The notes beneath the pieces were generated by a model that did no database searches, was not told the DNA's origin, and worked only from the letters and a program-made list of their open reading frames with translations. Position numbers and translations under genes: made by a program. A DNA stretch of 61,068 bases, counting the filler. It is 11 parts of 11 records of this genome, joined end to end, with 100 filler letters (N's around TTAATTAATTAA, not from the genome) between each part and the next. Parts side by side here need not be neighbours in the genome. Positions count along the whole stretch, not along the records: positions 37,376 to 45,794 come from SRR7504441_15929; positions 45,895 to 49,695 come from SRR7504441_15954; positions 49,796 to 55,928 come from SRR7504441_15957; 8 more parts are not named here. One strand, 5' to 3'. Below are positions 43,435 to 56,028 of the stretch, one piece after another; the first letter of the stretch is position 1, and each line of letters starts with the position of its first letter.

Positions 43435-44359
43435 TTATATCAGCACTTTCCTCCTCAGCCCGCCCAGGCTGTACCACTGCCCGGCCCCGACCAGCGCCCC
43501 GGCCCCGATCAGGTTGCCTAGGCAAACGGGGCCCAAGTTGCCAGCAATATCGAGCACTCCGATCTCTGCTCCGCTCATCATCCCTAGCGGGAGCAAGAAC
43601 ATGTTGGCCACGGAGTGCTCCAGCCCGAGCGCCACAAAGGTGGTCACCGGCATCCACACCGCCGCGATCTTGCCCGGGGCCGAGCTGGCCGAGGTCGCCT
43701 GCACCCGGCTCTCACGTCCCGCGGGCAGGAGGGCTCACCTGGAAGACAGCCAGATTGACCAGCCAGTTGGCCCCGATCCCCTTGCCCACCATCGCCCCGA
43801 ACCCCAGCCCGCACTTCTTGGTGGCCAGCGCCGCCACCCACCCGGCGCTGGCCGAGCCCGGGCTGAACACCCAGCAGGAGACCGCGGCGGCCACCGCAAC
43901 AGACCCGGCCAGATTGCCGGCGAACGAGAGACTGAGCAGCTTGGCCGCGTCGGCGGTCAGTCGGGCGGTGTCCCGGCTAGGGTCGGGCCTGGCCAGGAAC
44001 GGGAGGCTGGCGTACATCATGTTGGAGGTGAGCAAGTCCGTGCCAGTCAGCGTGATCAGCGAGAGGCCCGTCGGGAACACCGAGGCCGCCACCAGCGCCT
44101 GGATCCCCGGCCCGGCCGCCAGCAGCCCTGGCGAGCCCCCGGCCACGAGCAGGTACAGCGATCCCCCGAGCGCCAGGTAGCCCCCACCCAGCGCGGCCGA
44201 GCAGAGCAGCTCGCCGGTCGGCCGGTCAGCCCGGACGGCCGAGATGGCCACAAGCTTGTCGATGGTGGCCGGCGGGTCGAGCATCGCGGCGGGGACAGCC
44301 GTCGGCCGGGCCACGGTGCTCCCAGCACGGAGGAGCCGCCCCGCTAGCGTCCTGCGCAT
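43435..44359 (-). CDS. Formate/nitrite transporter (FNT) family channel
   Basis: FPTGL, GTDLLTSN, GNLAG, KGIGANWLVNLAV, GKI, FVALGLEHSVANMF, GNLIG; intron 43699-43738. Confidence 0.92.
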
Positions 44360-44548
44360 CCCCCTGACCCTCAAGCACAGCGCCATCGGTCTGCAGTTCA
44401 AGCGCTGTTGGGAGAGCCTCGGACCGGTCGTTGTATCTCGTTTTGGGCCAGAATATCTCGACTGTGAGGGCTATCCGGTCGGCTGTGCAGGCCTGAGACG
44501 AGGTCACGTCGCAGCGCGGTGCTGCGTACGCCGTCAAGCATCAGCCAG

Positions 44549-45794
44549 ATGCGAAGCCGTGCTGCCAAGATTGGACTGGTTGCACTCTTAGCGGTGGCTG
44601 CAGCTGCAGCTTCGTTCGGCCAGCTGGAGGGCGAGGGCGCCATCGAACGCCGAGGCGGCAAGGGCAGGAAGGGCGGCAAGGGCAGAAGGTTCCTGAGGAG
44701 GTTCCTCGCTCAGTTTAGGCCTTCGATTTACACCCGAGGGTCGTTTCGCATCTTTTCTCGAAGATCGAGGCGTAGCTCGGAGCGCCACCAAAAGGCGCCT
44801 ATGCGACAGGAGCTAGGCCAGGCTCGGCAGGGTTGGCTCGCTGATCGTGAACAGGGTGCGGCCGAGCTGGGGACGGCCCAAGCGCACCCCGACATGGTTC
44901 TCCAGTCACACGGGAATGCCAGGCTCAAGGCGGAGCTAGCGAAAGCTCGAAATCGGGTGGCAGAGCTCGAGGCGCAGCTTTCACACAGCTCAATCCTAAA
45001 GGAGAGCGAACAACCTGAAGTAGAGGGCAGCTCGGAACATAGGGTGCTCAAACGGCTGAATGCAGCTTCGATCAGGGATGGCACCAGAATGGTACTCTTT
45101 GGGGGCAACAACGGTGGCATCTGCTGCCAAGGAATGGAACAATGGAATCCACATGGGAAGGGACTCACTTGTCACACACATGACTATGGACAGGCTTTGT
45201 GGAACGGCCCGCTCTTTGTAGAAGCAATCGGAGGGCAGCCTGAAGGTACTGTGGCGCTGTACACAGAATTCTCAGTACACGGGAAAAAGTACTGCACCGA
45301 TTTTGGTGATAGAATCAATTGTCGAGCTGACAAAATACAGGGATGGGAGAAATTTGTTATTGTTGACGCTGGCAACAACATGATTGCACTGAAGGGCGGC
45401 AGATACGGTAAATTTTGCACTGATTTTGGTGGTGATGGCATCAAGTGCAATGCCGAGACAATCCGGGGGTGGGAGAAGTTTCATGTAACAGAAGAAGGGA
45501 CACTGGATGATGGCACCAACCTGTGGGAAAGCATGCAACCGGAGTTAACGGCAGCTGCGGAGAAATATGCTGCTTCGTGGCTTGGCAGCAAAGGAGGGCC
45601 TTCAAGTCCCACAGATTTCGATTGGTGTGAGAAGAACAGGAAAGGTAGCGAAATGCAGAGAGTCACAAAAGAGACCCGTGAAGAGAAGAATCTGGTTAAG
45701 GTTTTGACACCTGCCGGAAAACTCATAAGTGTTCTCGGGTTTGGTGCTACCAGGTATGGTCTCCACAAAATCAAGAACCATGAGAACAAGAATG
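44549..45794 (+). CDS. Secreted protein with coiled coil and fascin-like beta-trefoil, 3'-partial
   Basis: Signal peptide; repeated (V/I)AL...(K)YC/FC TD...I.C....I.GWEKF units. Confidence 0.7.
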
Positions 45795-45894
45795 NNNNNN
45801 NNNNNNNNNNNNNNNNNNNNNNNNNNNNNNNNNNNNNNTTAATTAATTAANNNNNNNNNNNNNNNNNNNNNNNNNNNNNNNNNNNNNNNNNNNN

Positions 45895-46225
45895 TGAGCT
45901 GAGTGCCGAGGCGGCTGCTGAGCCGGCTGCTGAGCTGGCTGCCGCGCCCACAGTTGCGCCAAGTCAGGCATCCAGGGCGGCAGCAACTTGGGCACAAAGT
46001 GAGCGAGAGGGGCACGAGACACCAGGGCTGGATGATGCGCCGGAAGAGACAAGGGAGGAGCGGTTTTCTAGACTGAAATCTGAGCTGGTGGAGGTGCAGA
46101 GGCAGGTGCTGGACAAAAAATACCAAACCAAAGAGGAGAAAACGCTGCTGTTACAGCGAAGTAATTATCTTGATGCCGAGATTGCTGCTCAAGCGAAAAT
46201 CTTGACTAGGGGGCACAAGATTTGA
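45895..46225 (+). CDS. 3' fragment of a hypothetical protein
   Basis: Open frame from the contig edge (AEPAAE..., coiled-coil-like) to TGA before an AT-rich spacer. Confidence 0.35.
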
Positions 46226-46515
46226 AAATGCTTGAGCCATCAAAGGGTCATGTAACATTAATACGTACTATGTACGTAATTGAAACCGTAGAACTGATAA
46301 GTGCCATGGATTGTTTGTGGATTGTCGATGGATGTTAATTAACCGACAAAAACTATTCTCCAAGTAAAACATGTTAATTAAAGAGAGCAAAAGTAGGCAG
46401 CAGCCCATTTTGCTAGCATGTGTGATGCACATGCTCTCGCTTTAATTGCTAGATATCGTTTTGCGCTAGTTTTGTACTAGTTTTGCGCACTTGTTCGCGG
46501 TGTACTCGTACAATC

Positions 46516-47424
46516 ATGCAGGGCAGGTCGTTGGCTTTCCTCCGAGTCCTTGAAAGACCAGAAATGCTGCTGAGCGAGCTGACCTGCTGGGGCCTGGCGG
46601 TGTTGTTGTTTGGGTGGGCTGGGGTGCACCAGACCCCCGCCGGGCCCGCCCTCGCCCAGTGCCTCGCCCAGCCGGGCCCTGGCTGCGCTGGGGCTTTGTT
46701 GGGGCTACTCCGTCTCCCGCTGAGCGTCGCAGTATGGAGTGTACTCTACTCCAGGATATATACCCGGTTGCTCGCCCGGCCGGAGGGCAAGCCAGTGTCG
46801 GAGGGCTACCCGCACGCCAGCTACCAGTGCTCAATAGTCCAGGGGTGCATTGTCCTCCCCGTTCTCTACCTGGCCGCTGTCATGCTGGACCAGATGGTGG
46901 ACCGCTCCCCCGGGGGGCTCGCCGGGCTCTGGTTTGGGCCGTGGCAGCGGGGGGGCGGGCGCTGGTCGCACTACGCGCTGGAGCAGACTCAAGCGGCGCT
47001 CGGCGGGTACTTGATGAAGGATTTCAGAGTCTATGGCGCGGCCGGGTTGAAGCCAGAGTTTGTATTCCATCATGTGGTGAGCGTGGTGGGTGTTGGGATG
47101 GTAGTCCTCTTCCCGACCGCGGCCGGGCTGGTCTGCTTCACCGGCCCGCAGCTTGAGGTCGGGTCCGCGGCCTACTGCTACTGGTGCATGCACACCAAGT
47201 CACGTGCTCGGTTCTGGACTTACATGGCGGCGGTGAGCCTGAGCAACGGCATCGGGGCCATCCAGACGCACTGGGTGTGCGCCGAATCCGGGGTCGGGCT
47301 GGGCTGGCGGGGGCTCTGGTTTGCGATCTTTATGGCGCTGTTCTTGTTAAGGTTTGCAGGGAAGGGGATTGCAGCGTGTCCTGGGCTGTTTGGCGGCAGT
47401 GCGACTAAGAACAAGGCCGCCTGA
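46516..47424 (+). CDS. TLC (TRAM/LAG1/CLN8)-domain-like membrane protein
   Basis: GYLMKDF, FVFHHVVS, LEVGS and LLR pattern within multiple TM helices. Confidence 0.65.
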   Translation: MQGRSLAFLRVLERPEMLLSELTCWGLAVLLFGWAGVHQTPAGPALAQCLAQPGPGCAGALLGLLRLPLSVAVWSVLYSRIYTRLLARPEGKPVSEGYPHASYQCSIVQGCIVLPVLYLAAVMLDQMVDRSPGGLAGLWFGPWQRGGGRWSHYALEQTQAALGGYLMKDFRVYGAAGLKPEFVFHHVVSVVGVGMVVLFPTAAGLVCFTGPQLEVGSAAYCYWCMHTKSRARFWTYMAAVSLSNGIGAIQTHWVCAESGVGLGWRGLWFAIFMALFLLRFAGKGIAACPGLFGGSATKNKAA

Positions 47425-47609
47425 TTAATTGGAACCGCACCAACCGTGCTGCGCTTGGTCTAGCGAAGCGTATGAAGAGTTAGGAGGAAAGTTATTAAAA
47501 GCTCATGAGCTGAGCACTTTTTTATTGTTGTTCGATCGCCCTCCGACAATGCGCCGCAGGCCGGGGTTTCGAAAGGAAGAAATCGAAGAATACAATAGCG
47601 GGCCTGGTC

Positions 47610-47634
47610 AGGGTTAGGGTTGGGGTTAGGGTTA
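47610..47634 (+). repeat. Interstitial telomere-like (TTAGGG)n tract, about 4 units
   Basis: AGGGTTAGGGTTGGGGTTAGGGTTA. Confidence 0.7.
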
Positions 47635-47695
47635 CCATACGGTGCGGTACGGGAGAGATATAGGCGAGATTACTTGTATATATTTAGTACTCGGA

Positions 47696-49695
47696 TCAAA
47701 GCATTGCAAGCAGTTCTCTAGTTGCCTCACGAGACTCCTCTGGTGGGGTCTTGCACATGGGTCTCACCTTGCACTCTGTCCAAAAGAAGACGCTCCGCAG
47801 CCCTCGCTGGATCAAACCATCAGCCGAGCGGTCTGACCAGCCGCCCAGAAATCGTTCCGTCAACTCGCACACCGTCAGCAGCCTATCCACAATCAACATA
47901 TGGCTCCCTCCCACCTGTTCGCTGCCTTTAGTCAGGGCGCATCCAATGCTAAGGACCAGCCAGAACCCCTCTGCTTGATCGAATCCAGCTAGCAGCTCCG
48001 GCTCCGGCCTGCCGACCCGGTTACCACCATCCAACTGGCTAGAGAAAGACCTAGGCTCAAGGATGGTGTCCTCTGTGCCCCACAGCAGAAGCACAGGACA
48101 GGACAGCCGCGGGTGGAAGTTGACATACTCGTCATACCCACATGAGGTGATCATGTTACCTGCAGCAAGCGCCTGAGAAGACAGCGCCATACTCAAGCGG
48201 ATACACATGTTCGGAGACTTGAATGCCAGCTGCGCCTGCCCCGCCCGTCATTCCGTTACCGAGCAGGCTGGCACATAGTGCAGAGCTAACGTGGCCGCCC
48301 AGGCCGGAAGCTGAGGGAACGCGCCGTGTGCCAGATGTGCGCTGACCATCTCGTCGGCCGAACGGGTGACGTCCGCCTCCGTGTGCCAGATATGCATCGA
48401 TTTGAAGAGCCGGTTCAGCCGGAGGCCGGCGGGACAGAGCAGCACGACTTTCCTCACGAGTTCCGGCACTCGGGCTGCCGCGGCCGCAACTAGATGCCCC
48501 CCGTGCGAGTGCCCGCATAGATCCACCTGCAGATCATCTGAGAGTCTCAAGCTTGAAGCGCACACCCTCCCGGTCTCAGCTACCCATCGGACCACCGCAA
48601 CTGTCTGTGCCACATGATGTTCCAGTCCAGCGGTGCGGTACGGTGTGAAGCTGCCCCAACCAGGCTCAGCACACTCGCTTCATGGGCCAGCTTGCCTGAA
48701 CGAGTAATCGAAGTCGAGCAAGTCAGGCACCACCACTCGGCGCTGACTCAGCAGCATCCCTGCCATTGCCGCCATCGAGTGCCCCGTCGTGCACGCCCCG
48801 TGCTGCAGCACCAGCGGCGGCCCGGCCGGCTGACTCGGTTCGCCAGAGTCAAACACGTGAATAGTGCCGAGCTCGGGCACTTCAATCCATCGTGAGCGCA
48901 GCCCGAGTAGATTCAGCCCCGACCTTGCTGCCAGCATCGCCACTGTCGAGGCTGTGCCGATGTAAAGAGGCACGGAGCTCTCAATCCGCCTGAGAGTTTT
49001 GACGACCGCAGTGCCGGTGTCAGCGACAGGCTTAAAGTTGGCCTCTGCACACAACGCTGCAGCCACCTCACGGCACTGCTCTTCGGACCAATATTTGTCT
49101 GATTCGAGTGCCAGCGGCCAGCGCCTGCCCCGAGCTGAGCTGAGCAAAGCCCGAGGGTGGGTGCCTGCAGATCATCGCGCGCCGGCAGCCCTCGACCAGC
49201 TGGAACTGGGTCAGCTGATGGGCCGGCTTGCTCTCCACCAGCGCGTCGCGGACCTCCTCCAGCATTTCAGGGGCAGTTCGGCCTTCAAGCAGCCAGTCGC
49301 GCCATCTGCTCGTATCGAGCCCCGGAAGCCCAGAGCCATACAACGGCCGCTCCAGCACCGTCTGCTGCCAGCGAGTGTGCCTGTTGAGGTTCTTCTCAGG
49401 CGGATTGGGCAGCGCGACGCCGACCAGGCCGAGCACAAACCTGGCCGCATGCCCATTGGCCGAGCCGGCAAGAGCGGCCGACCTGAGCAGCCGTTGCTGA
49501 CTGTACCCGAGCGCGAGCACCAGCAGTCCTGTGAGCGCCCTGGGGGCCTGCCGACGGCTCAGCTGATGATCGGGTGGTGAGGGGGCACCAGCCGGGAGGC
49601 CCGCAGCCAGAGCCAGACCAGGCCGGTGACGGTGAGCAGCTGCGGGGTGGCCACGTTCAGAGCCAGCGCCAGGTTGGTCGCCGAGAATCCCGGCC
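47696..49695 (-). CDS. Alpha/beta-hydrolase with N-terminal membrane region, multi-exon, 5'-partial
   Basis: PLVLQHG, VVVPDL, nucleophile elbow GHSHGG, PVLLLWGTED, GGSHM; GC-AG introns 49125-49164 and 48651-48695. Confidence 0.82.
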
Positions 49696-49794
49696 NNNNN
49701 NNNNNNNNNNNNNNNNNNNNNNNNNNNNNNNNNNNNNNNTTAATTAATTAANNNNNNNNNNNNNNNNNNNNNNNNNNNNNNNNNNNNNNNNNNN

Positions 49795-51653
49795 NGAGGG
49801 AGCAATCGGTCTGGTTCCGGTTCCATCAGCTGATTTGCGACGGGCCGGATATGAAGCCGCCGTGCAAGCTGCATGGCAAACCGCAGTACTACGATACGTA
49901 CTGGTACAGTTACTCGCCGATCACAACCCGCTGGATCCGACCGGAGTTGATGGCGAACGCTTCCGGGTTCTACTCGAACTTGCTGAGTGTGCAGCGGTAT
50001 TGGGAGCAGGAGCTGGCTGCTGAGGGAATGATGGCGACGGACCTGCCGGAGGGGCTGGGCACTAACGGAAGCTGGCTTGAGCAGCAGGCTGTGTTCTCGA
50101 TCGTGAGGTCGATGATCTCGCGAGACAATACCTGGCACCCTCGATACGGCGTGATCCCCGGGTGCGCCCTGCTACAGTGGAGGCATTTAGCCGCGTGGCA
50201 GGTACGGAATCACTCTACAGGACGGGTTCCAGGACACGTTTACCTCGACCGCCACTGCAGCGCTCGAGTGGGGCGCCATCCCATACGCGCGAGGCGTGAT
50301 TGACAACTGGCTCAACTTCTATGTGCGGAGCAACGGGATGGTGACTTACCGGGCAGAGGAGCTCGCCCAGTCAGGCCGGATGCTGACCATCTTCGCCAAC
50401 TATGTGAGCTACACCGGCGACGCCGAGTTCATGGTCAGCCATTTCGGCAAGGCTAAGGCCCTCGCTGAGTGGTTGCTTTACCGGCACCAGCAATCAATTC
50501 AGAATTATCCGGCAGACGATGCTCGCCACGGGATACTGGCCGGCGGGGACGAAGGCGATGGGTTTGTCGGGTACTATGAGAGCTACGGCAGCAAGCCACT
50601 GCAGCACTGCTACTCTACGACGGCCAACGCGTACCGAGGGTTTGAAGACATAGGACTGATGTGGCAAGCCATAGCAAAAACCACAGGTCGGCCAGACATC
50701 GCAATCCATGCAGCTGAAATGATCAACGGATCCAAGACAGTGCTCGCGGCCCTCCAGAACTCTCTGAACAAGACCATTTACAGCACCGGCAACCCACGGG
50801 CACCTCGATGCATCCCGACCGCCGCTGACCCTTCAGACCCGCCAGTTGGCTGCCTTGGTGACTTTAGAGGCTATCCTGAACTGATGTATGCCGCCGCGCT
50901 GAGCTATCAGCAAGCGGACGATTTATTCCTCCATCTCACTTACGGCAACAGCAGCATGTTGCCGACCCGCCCGATGACACTGGCTGCTACGGGATACAAC
51001 AACAAGCAGACCACCTATGTGGCGTACGGGATGGCTTACGGTCTGCTTGCTAACGACATGGTCGAGAGGTTCCTGCTTCACTACTTTGGCATGAGCGCCC
51101 ACACATACACTCGTGGCACTTGGACAACACCGGAGGCGGCGCACCCAGACCGGGATGTCGGTTCCACTGACTATGTCGCCGCCGGGGTGCACACGGCGCC
51201 AATTTACCTCAAATGGATGCTCCTGTTTGAAGAGCCCAACTCGCGGACTGTGTGGCTCGGCAAGGCCCTGCCCCGCGAGTGGCTGGCAGCAGGCAGCACC
51301 CCAGTGGTGGTGACGAACGCCACTTCCCGATACGGCCGTGTCTCGTACTCACTGACAGCCAGCCGCTCAGCAGGCGGTGAGTACCAGGTCAAGGCGAGCG
51401 TCCACCTCCCCCCGACGTACAGACCACCAGGCGGGATGCGACTGCGGCTCAGGACACCAACAGAGCATGTTGGCCACCTTAAATCCGTCACAGTTAACGG
51501 GGCTACCTGGACAGCGTTTTCTGCGTCTGCAGAGACGGTGTGTTGTGCAGCTGCGTGTTGTGACGCTGACCCTTGTTTGCTTGATAGGTGGACTTCACGG
51601 CTACCGCGCTGGATTCAGTTGTGCTCGACACAATTGTATGCCGGTATGGATGA
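49795..51653 (+). CDS. Putative (alpha/alpha)6-barrel glycosidase-like protein, 5'-partial
   Basis: Aromatic/acidic helical core (DGFQDTFT, EELAQSGRMLT, GTWTTPE) and a C-terminal beta-sandwich pattern (LGKALPREWL, TSRYGRVSY, LRLRTP, VTVNG); two GT-AG introns. Confidence 0.55.
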
Positions 51654-51956
51654 ACAGATCCTAGTAAGAGTTCAGGTTTAATGCTGTGACGGTGACGAGC
51701 GCTGCTGCTGGCTCAAGGCTGCATGGTTGTACAATTGGAGGTGGCACGCAACGTCGTGATCCTCATTCATGATATGATACAAGTCATATGCATTCATGTC
51801 ATGATAGTAATAGGGCTTCGATGGCCATGGGCTATTTTATGGGTGCGACTACTCGACAGTGATTAAAAACTAAATTTAAAGGTTTGAACTGGGATTTTTA
51901 ATGTGGCACTTATGTGGTTCCAATGGCAAGGTTTTAAAGCACGTAATGTGCATCAA

Positions 51957-54382
51957 TTAGTCCGCAATTCGGTATCTCGGCGGACCTGGTGGCTTGAACT
52001 CTGAGACAAACTGGCGCAAGTTGGACATCAAATCTGATTGGCTTGAGGGCGGGCGCAACATTGCTATTCGTTGTTTATCTTTGGGAACCTGGCTGAAGCG
52101 TGGTAGGTGTGATCCGGCCAATACTCCTCTGAAGGTTTCAAGAATGACCGAGAAATCATCAGGCACTGATACACTGCTTGGCAGTCCAAGAATCCGGACT
52201 ACGTGGCGCCGGGCCACGTTCTTTGTCATCCTGACATCCACCTTGCAGTATGCCATGACTACATTTGCGACAGTAGTGCTCGGGCCCTCATGGTGCTCTA
52301 ATTGGGCGAGCTGCTCGTCAAGAGCATCTATACCCTTCTGCCTCTCCAGGAGGTGCAGCTCTCGCAACGTAGATAGAAACATACTGGTGGCGCCATCCGG
52401 GGGGTCGATCAACAACAAGCTGTGCTCAACCACGTCTGCCCTGAATTTTGCATCCAGCGCAGACTTCAAAATCTGCATCTGACTCTCACTGAATGCTGGA
52501 AACACTTCATGGAGACACTGAAGGAGCTTCATTTGAGGGATCTGGCCTGTGGCGTTGTGGTCCTTCTGTGTGACCAAAATATCCAACCGCTCAAGATCGT
52601 CATTGACTCCTTGGTGCACCTCTTGATGCCAATCGCCAACCAAAATACGATAGAAGACCTCACATTCCGGATCCATGTCCTTGAAATGGCACAGCGTATT
52701 CACAAAGTTGTAGGCAACCTTGACTACAGTTGCATGAGTCCTATAGCACTGTCTTAGGTATACTCCGAGGTACTTATGTAGCTTCATGCATTTCTTTCGA
52801 CGACGGTCGACTCGTGACTTTTCATCCCATATTCGCCGAGTTAGATCCAGCACCTCTTGCTTGCCCATCGGTGTGCTCTGGACCTCACCAGCATAACGCA
52901 GGACTGGAGGTACGGATGGGTCCATACCAAGGCCCTCAAAGTAAAGTGGCTGCATTGGGTCCGGCATTGTGGCTGATCTGGACTTTAGTTCTTGAAGACG
53001 GTCCTCAAGGTGATGGTGATGCTCTACAAGCTTGTCAAAATTTCGACCTGAATCCTGGTGCAAAGTTAACCCCAATTCATCTCCGACATCATGCCATTGT
53101 GGGCGAGGAGTAAGCCCATGATTTGCTTTTAGCTGCGCAAGGCGGGTATGGAGCTCCTCCTGCCGTTCCTGGGCCTCCAGGAAAGCGCTGATGCAAATTT
53201 TGAGCTTTCCTGCTGCCGTTTCGTGCTGCAATTCAAGCTCAGTGACTCGATTGCGCATGGTTTCCAGCTCCTCAGGTGGTATTACCTTACGCGACATCAT
53301 CACAGCCTGTAATCCTAACACCTGTTTCTGGGTAAATTCCTTGGAGTCTGTTACTGTCTCGATCTGTTTTTGAGTTGCTCTGATACGCGGTAATTCCTGT
53401 TTGTAATGCTTCTTTTTGGCGGTCACCTCATCACGATACCGCACATCCCATTCGTTCAGGAACCCTGAATTCTCATCGAATGAAGCAGCGCGCGCCTTTA
53501 TCTCGGCCGCTTTGGCCTTGAGCTCGTCCCGCCTCTCTTCTAGCTCCTCTATCTGCTCCTCCGCCCTGACAGCTCTCTTTACTCGGCTGTCAATCTCAAC
53601 CTGCAGGGACTTACCGCAAGCCCTCCGCCAGGGAGCACCTCGAGGGACGCCACTTCGGGCTTATGTTGCTCCAGCACTGCTGCCAGCTCACGCTCGTGCT
53701 TCGCCTGCTCCGTAGCAAGTGCGGACTTTATCCTCGGTGTGAGCGCCACCTGAACCAGACTGGGCCGACAACAGGGACCAGCACACCTCGCGCTCATAGT
53801 GCCGCACCGCCGCCTCGTACTCCAGCCGAATCCGCGACAGCTGGTCCCTGAACGGCCGCATCCTGCACTGTGCCCTCAGCAGGGCCACGACAGCCAGGAT
53901 CACCGCTCGATGATCTGATCAAACACGGCGCCATGGATCCTGGCCCGCTCCAGGCAGGGCCCATTGGGCATGCAGCCGCCCTCCTCAAGGTCCTCGGCCA
54001 GTTTTGCCTCCATTGCAGCCACAAACGCGTTCCCGGTCTCGGTGCCGCTGCCCTTTAGCAGCGTATTGTTCATCAGCTGCACGCTATCCCAGAGGTTGTC
54101 CACTGCCTTGGGCGCGCCCATGCTCACGTTGTGCGACCAGGGCGAGGCCGAGGCCGGCCGCTGGCTGTTCAGCTTGGCAATCGCGCTGGCCGCGGTCCAG
54201 GGCTTGGGCTCCCGGCCCACCCGCGAGCTGCCGGGCCTAATCCGGCGGGCCTCCAGCTTGCGCCGACGCAGCTTGGGCGCGCTGACGGGTGGCCGCTGCC
54301 CGGGCTGCGGTCGCTGCCTGGCGCTTCCCAGCAGCACCAGCCGCGGCTCCGGCCTGGGCCGGCTCGAGTACTCTGAGGACAT
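51957..54382 (-). CDS. TSNAXIP1: Translin-associated factor X-interacting protein 1-like (ciliary)
   Basis: VFDQIIE..PFRDQLSRIRLEYE, LTPRPQW, YFEGLG.DPSVPPVLRY.G.V, IWDEK; three 37-41 nt GT-AG introns. Confidence 0.78.
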
Positions 54383-54424
54383 TCTTGGGACACCAACAAG
54401 AAGTCCGTTAGCGCTAAGGTTTGG

Positions 54425-55711
54425 ATGGAGCTCCTGCCGGCTGTACTCGACCTGCTAGAGGAGCACCCGGACGGCCAGGACCCGTTCCTGCCGGCCTGGC
54501 CGCCAGATCCGGCCCCGGCCACGCTGCTCCGAACGCTCCGGACCGGGGACCCCCCGCTGGAGCAGATCCCGGGCCCTGAGCTGCTCGCGCGGGCGGTGGT
54601 GCTATGCCTCGACGACCCCCACCACCCCCCGCTGCTCGCCGGGGCCTACCGGGCCATCACGGCCGCCCAGCGGGCCGGGGGACTGGCCGCTCACGCACCG
54701 GCCGTGGCCGAGGCCCTCAGCCGGCTTGAGCGGGCCCCGCTGGCCGCACGGCTGCTCCGGGCGCTTTACCGGTCGGCAAGTGGTGCCGAGGCCCGGCGGC
54801 GGATGAGCGACCGGGTGGCCCCGAACCTGCTGCGCCCGATGCCGTCCGAAGCGGTGCGCGGCCGGGCCGGCCAAGGGGGTGACGGGGCAGCGGTCAGGTG
54901 AAGTTGCTGCTGAGGGATGCGGTGCCGGTGCGAGACGCATGCAGAGTGCTGATAGGCTCGTACTGGGATTGGGGGTGCGGCGATCCGCCCGAGGTTGGGG
55001 AGCCGGAGGAGGATCAGTCCACGCGGGCGCTGATTGAGGCGTTGCAGCTGGAGGTGTCGGAGGGGCTAGGCGAGAGGGAGGCCGCCCTCACTGGACTGTT
55101 GGAGCTGCTTGAGCGAGCCGAGCGGGACAGCGAGGCCAACGGGGCGGCGGTGACCGACCCTGGGGTGCGGGACGCGCTGCTCGAGCTAGACAGCGTGGGT
55201 GTGGTGCCACGAGCTGCGCTGAGCCGTGGCGCAGGCTGTGTGTCTGCACCATCAGGCCAGAATGCTCGCAGAGGATCGACGGAGCGCCGCGGACAGGCAG
55301 CAGCGTCTGCGGGCGGCCCGGGAAGCCGAGCTGGCCGATTTGAGCCGCCAGATAGCTAGAGAGGAGCAGCTAAAGACAGAGGCTGATCGGAGGTGTGGCT
55401 GCTGGGAGGCGACTGATGAGTCGTGCCAGGCGGGCGGCTCTAGAAGTGGAGCTGGCCTGCGAATACGCGGACCAGCCTGCCGTGCCGCCTGGCGAGCTGC
55501 GGGCCGATCATCGGTGCGGGGGATGGGTCGGTGGGGTGTGAGAGCGGGCCAGGGGGTCAACACTGGGGGGGGCGGAGGGATTGCGGGAGGACTCGGCGGA
55601 GTGGGGAGATGTCTGGCAGAAGATCGACAACGCCCGGCTGACTGTGCAGAGGCTGGACGCGAGCGGCGACGCCGGGGTGCTTTCACACTGGCAGCCCCCC
55701 CGCACCTTTGA
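54425..55711 (+). CDS. Hypothetical multi-exon helical protein
   Basis: Consecutive ORFs in shifted frames separated by intron-like segments of about 37 nt; divergent from TSNAXIP1. Confidence 0.45.
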
Positions 55712-56028
55712 TAAGGCGTGAGAGAGCCGACATTTGCGGATAAGTACACGTAGTTCATCCGTTGCGCTCCGCACGCCTCCGCATCGAGCAAATTAGTAGA
55801 TTATTAACATGTACGTCACGCGCATAAAATGTAAGCAACCTAGATACAGGGTGCCCGAGCCTCCTTAATGTCGAGGAGAGTAAGTCGGAGGAGAGTTATA
55901 AGCTTGGGCCGCGGGCGGTGCTACCGGCNNNNNNNNNNNNNNNNNNNNNNNNNNNNNNNNNNNNNNNNNNNNTTAATTAATTAANNNNNNNNNNNNNNNN
56001 NNNNNNNNNNNNNNNNNNNNNNNNNNNN

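Noticed and set aside
3240..56028. Ten N-flanked TTAATTAATTAA units as a biological repeat family
   Set aside because: Fixed-format artificial linkers with six-frame stops; genes are cut at them.
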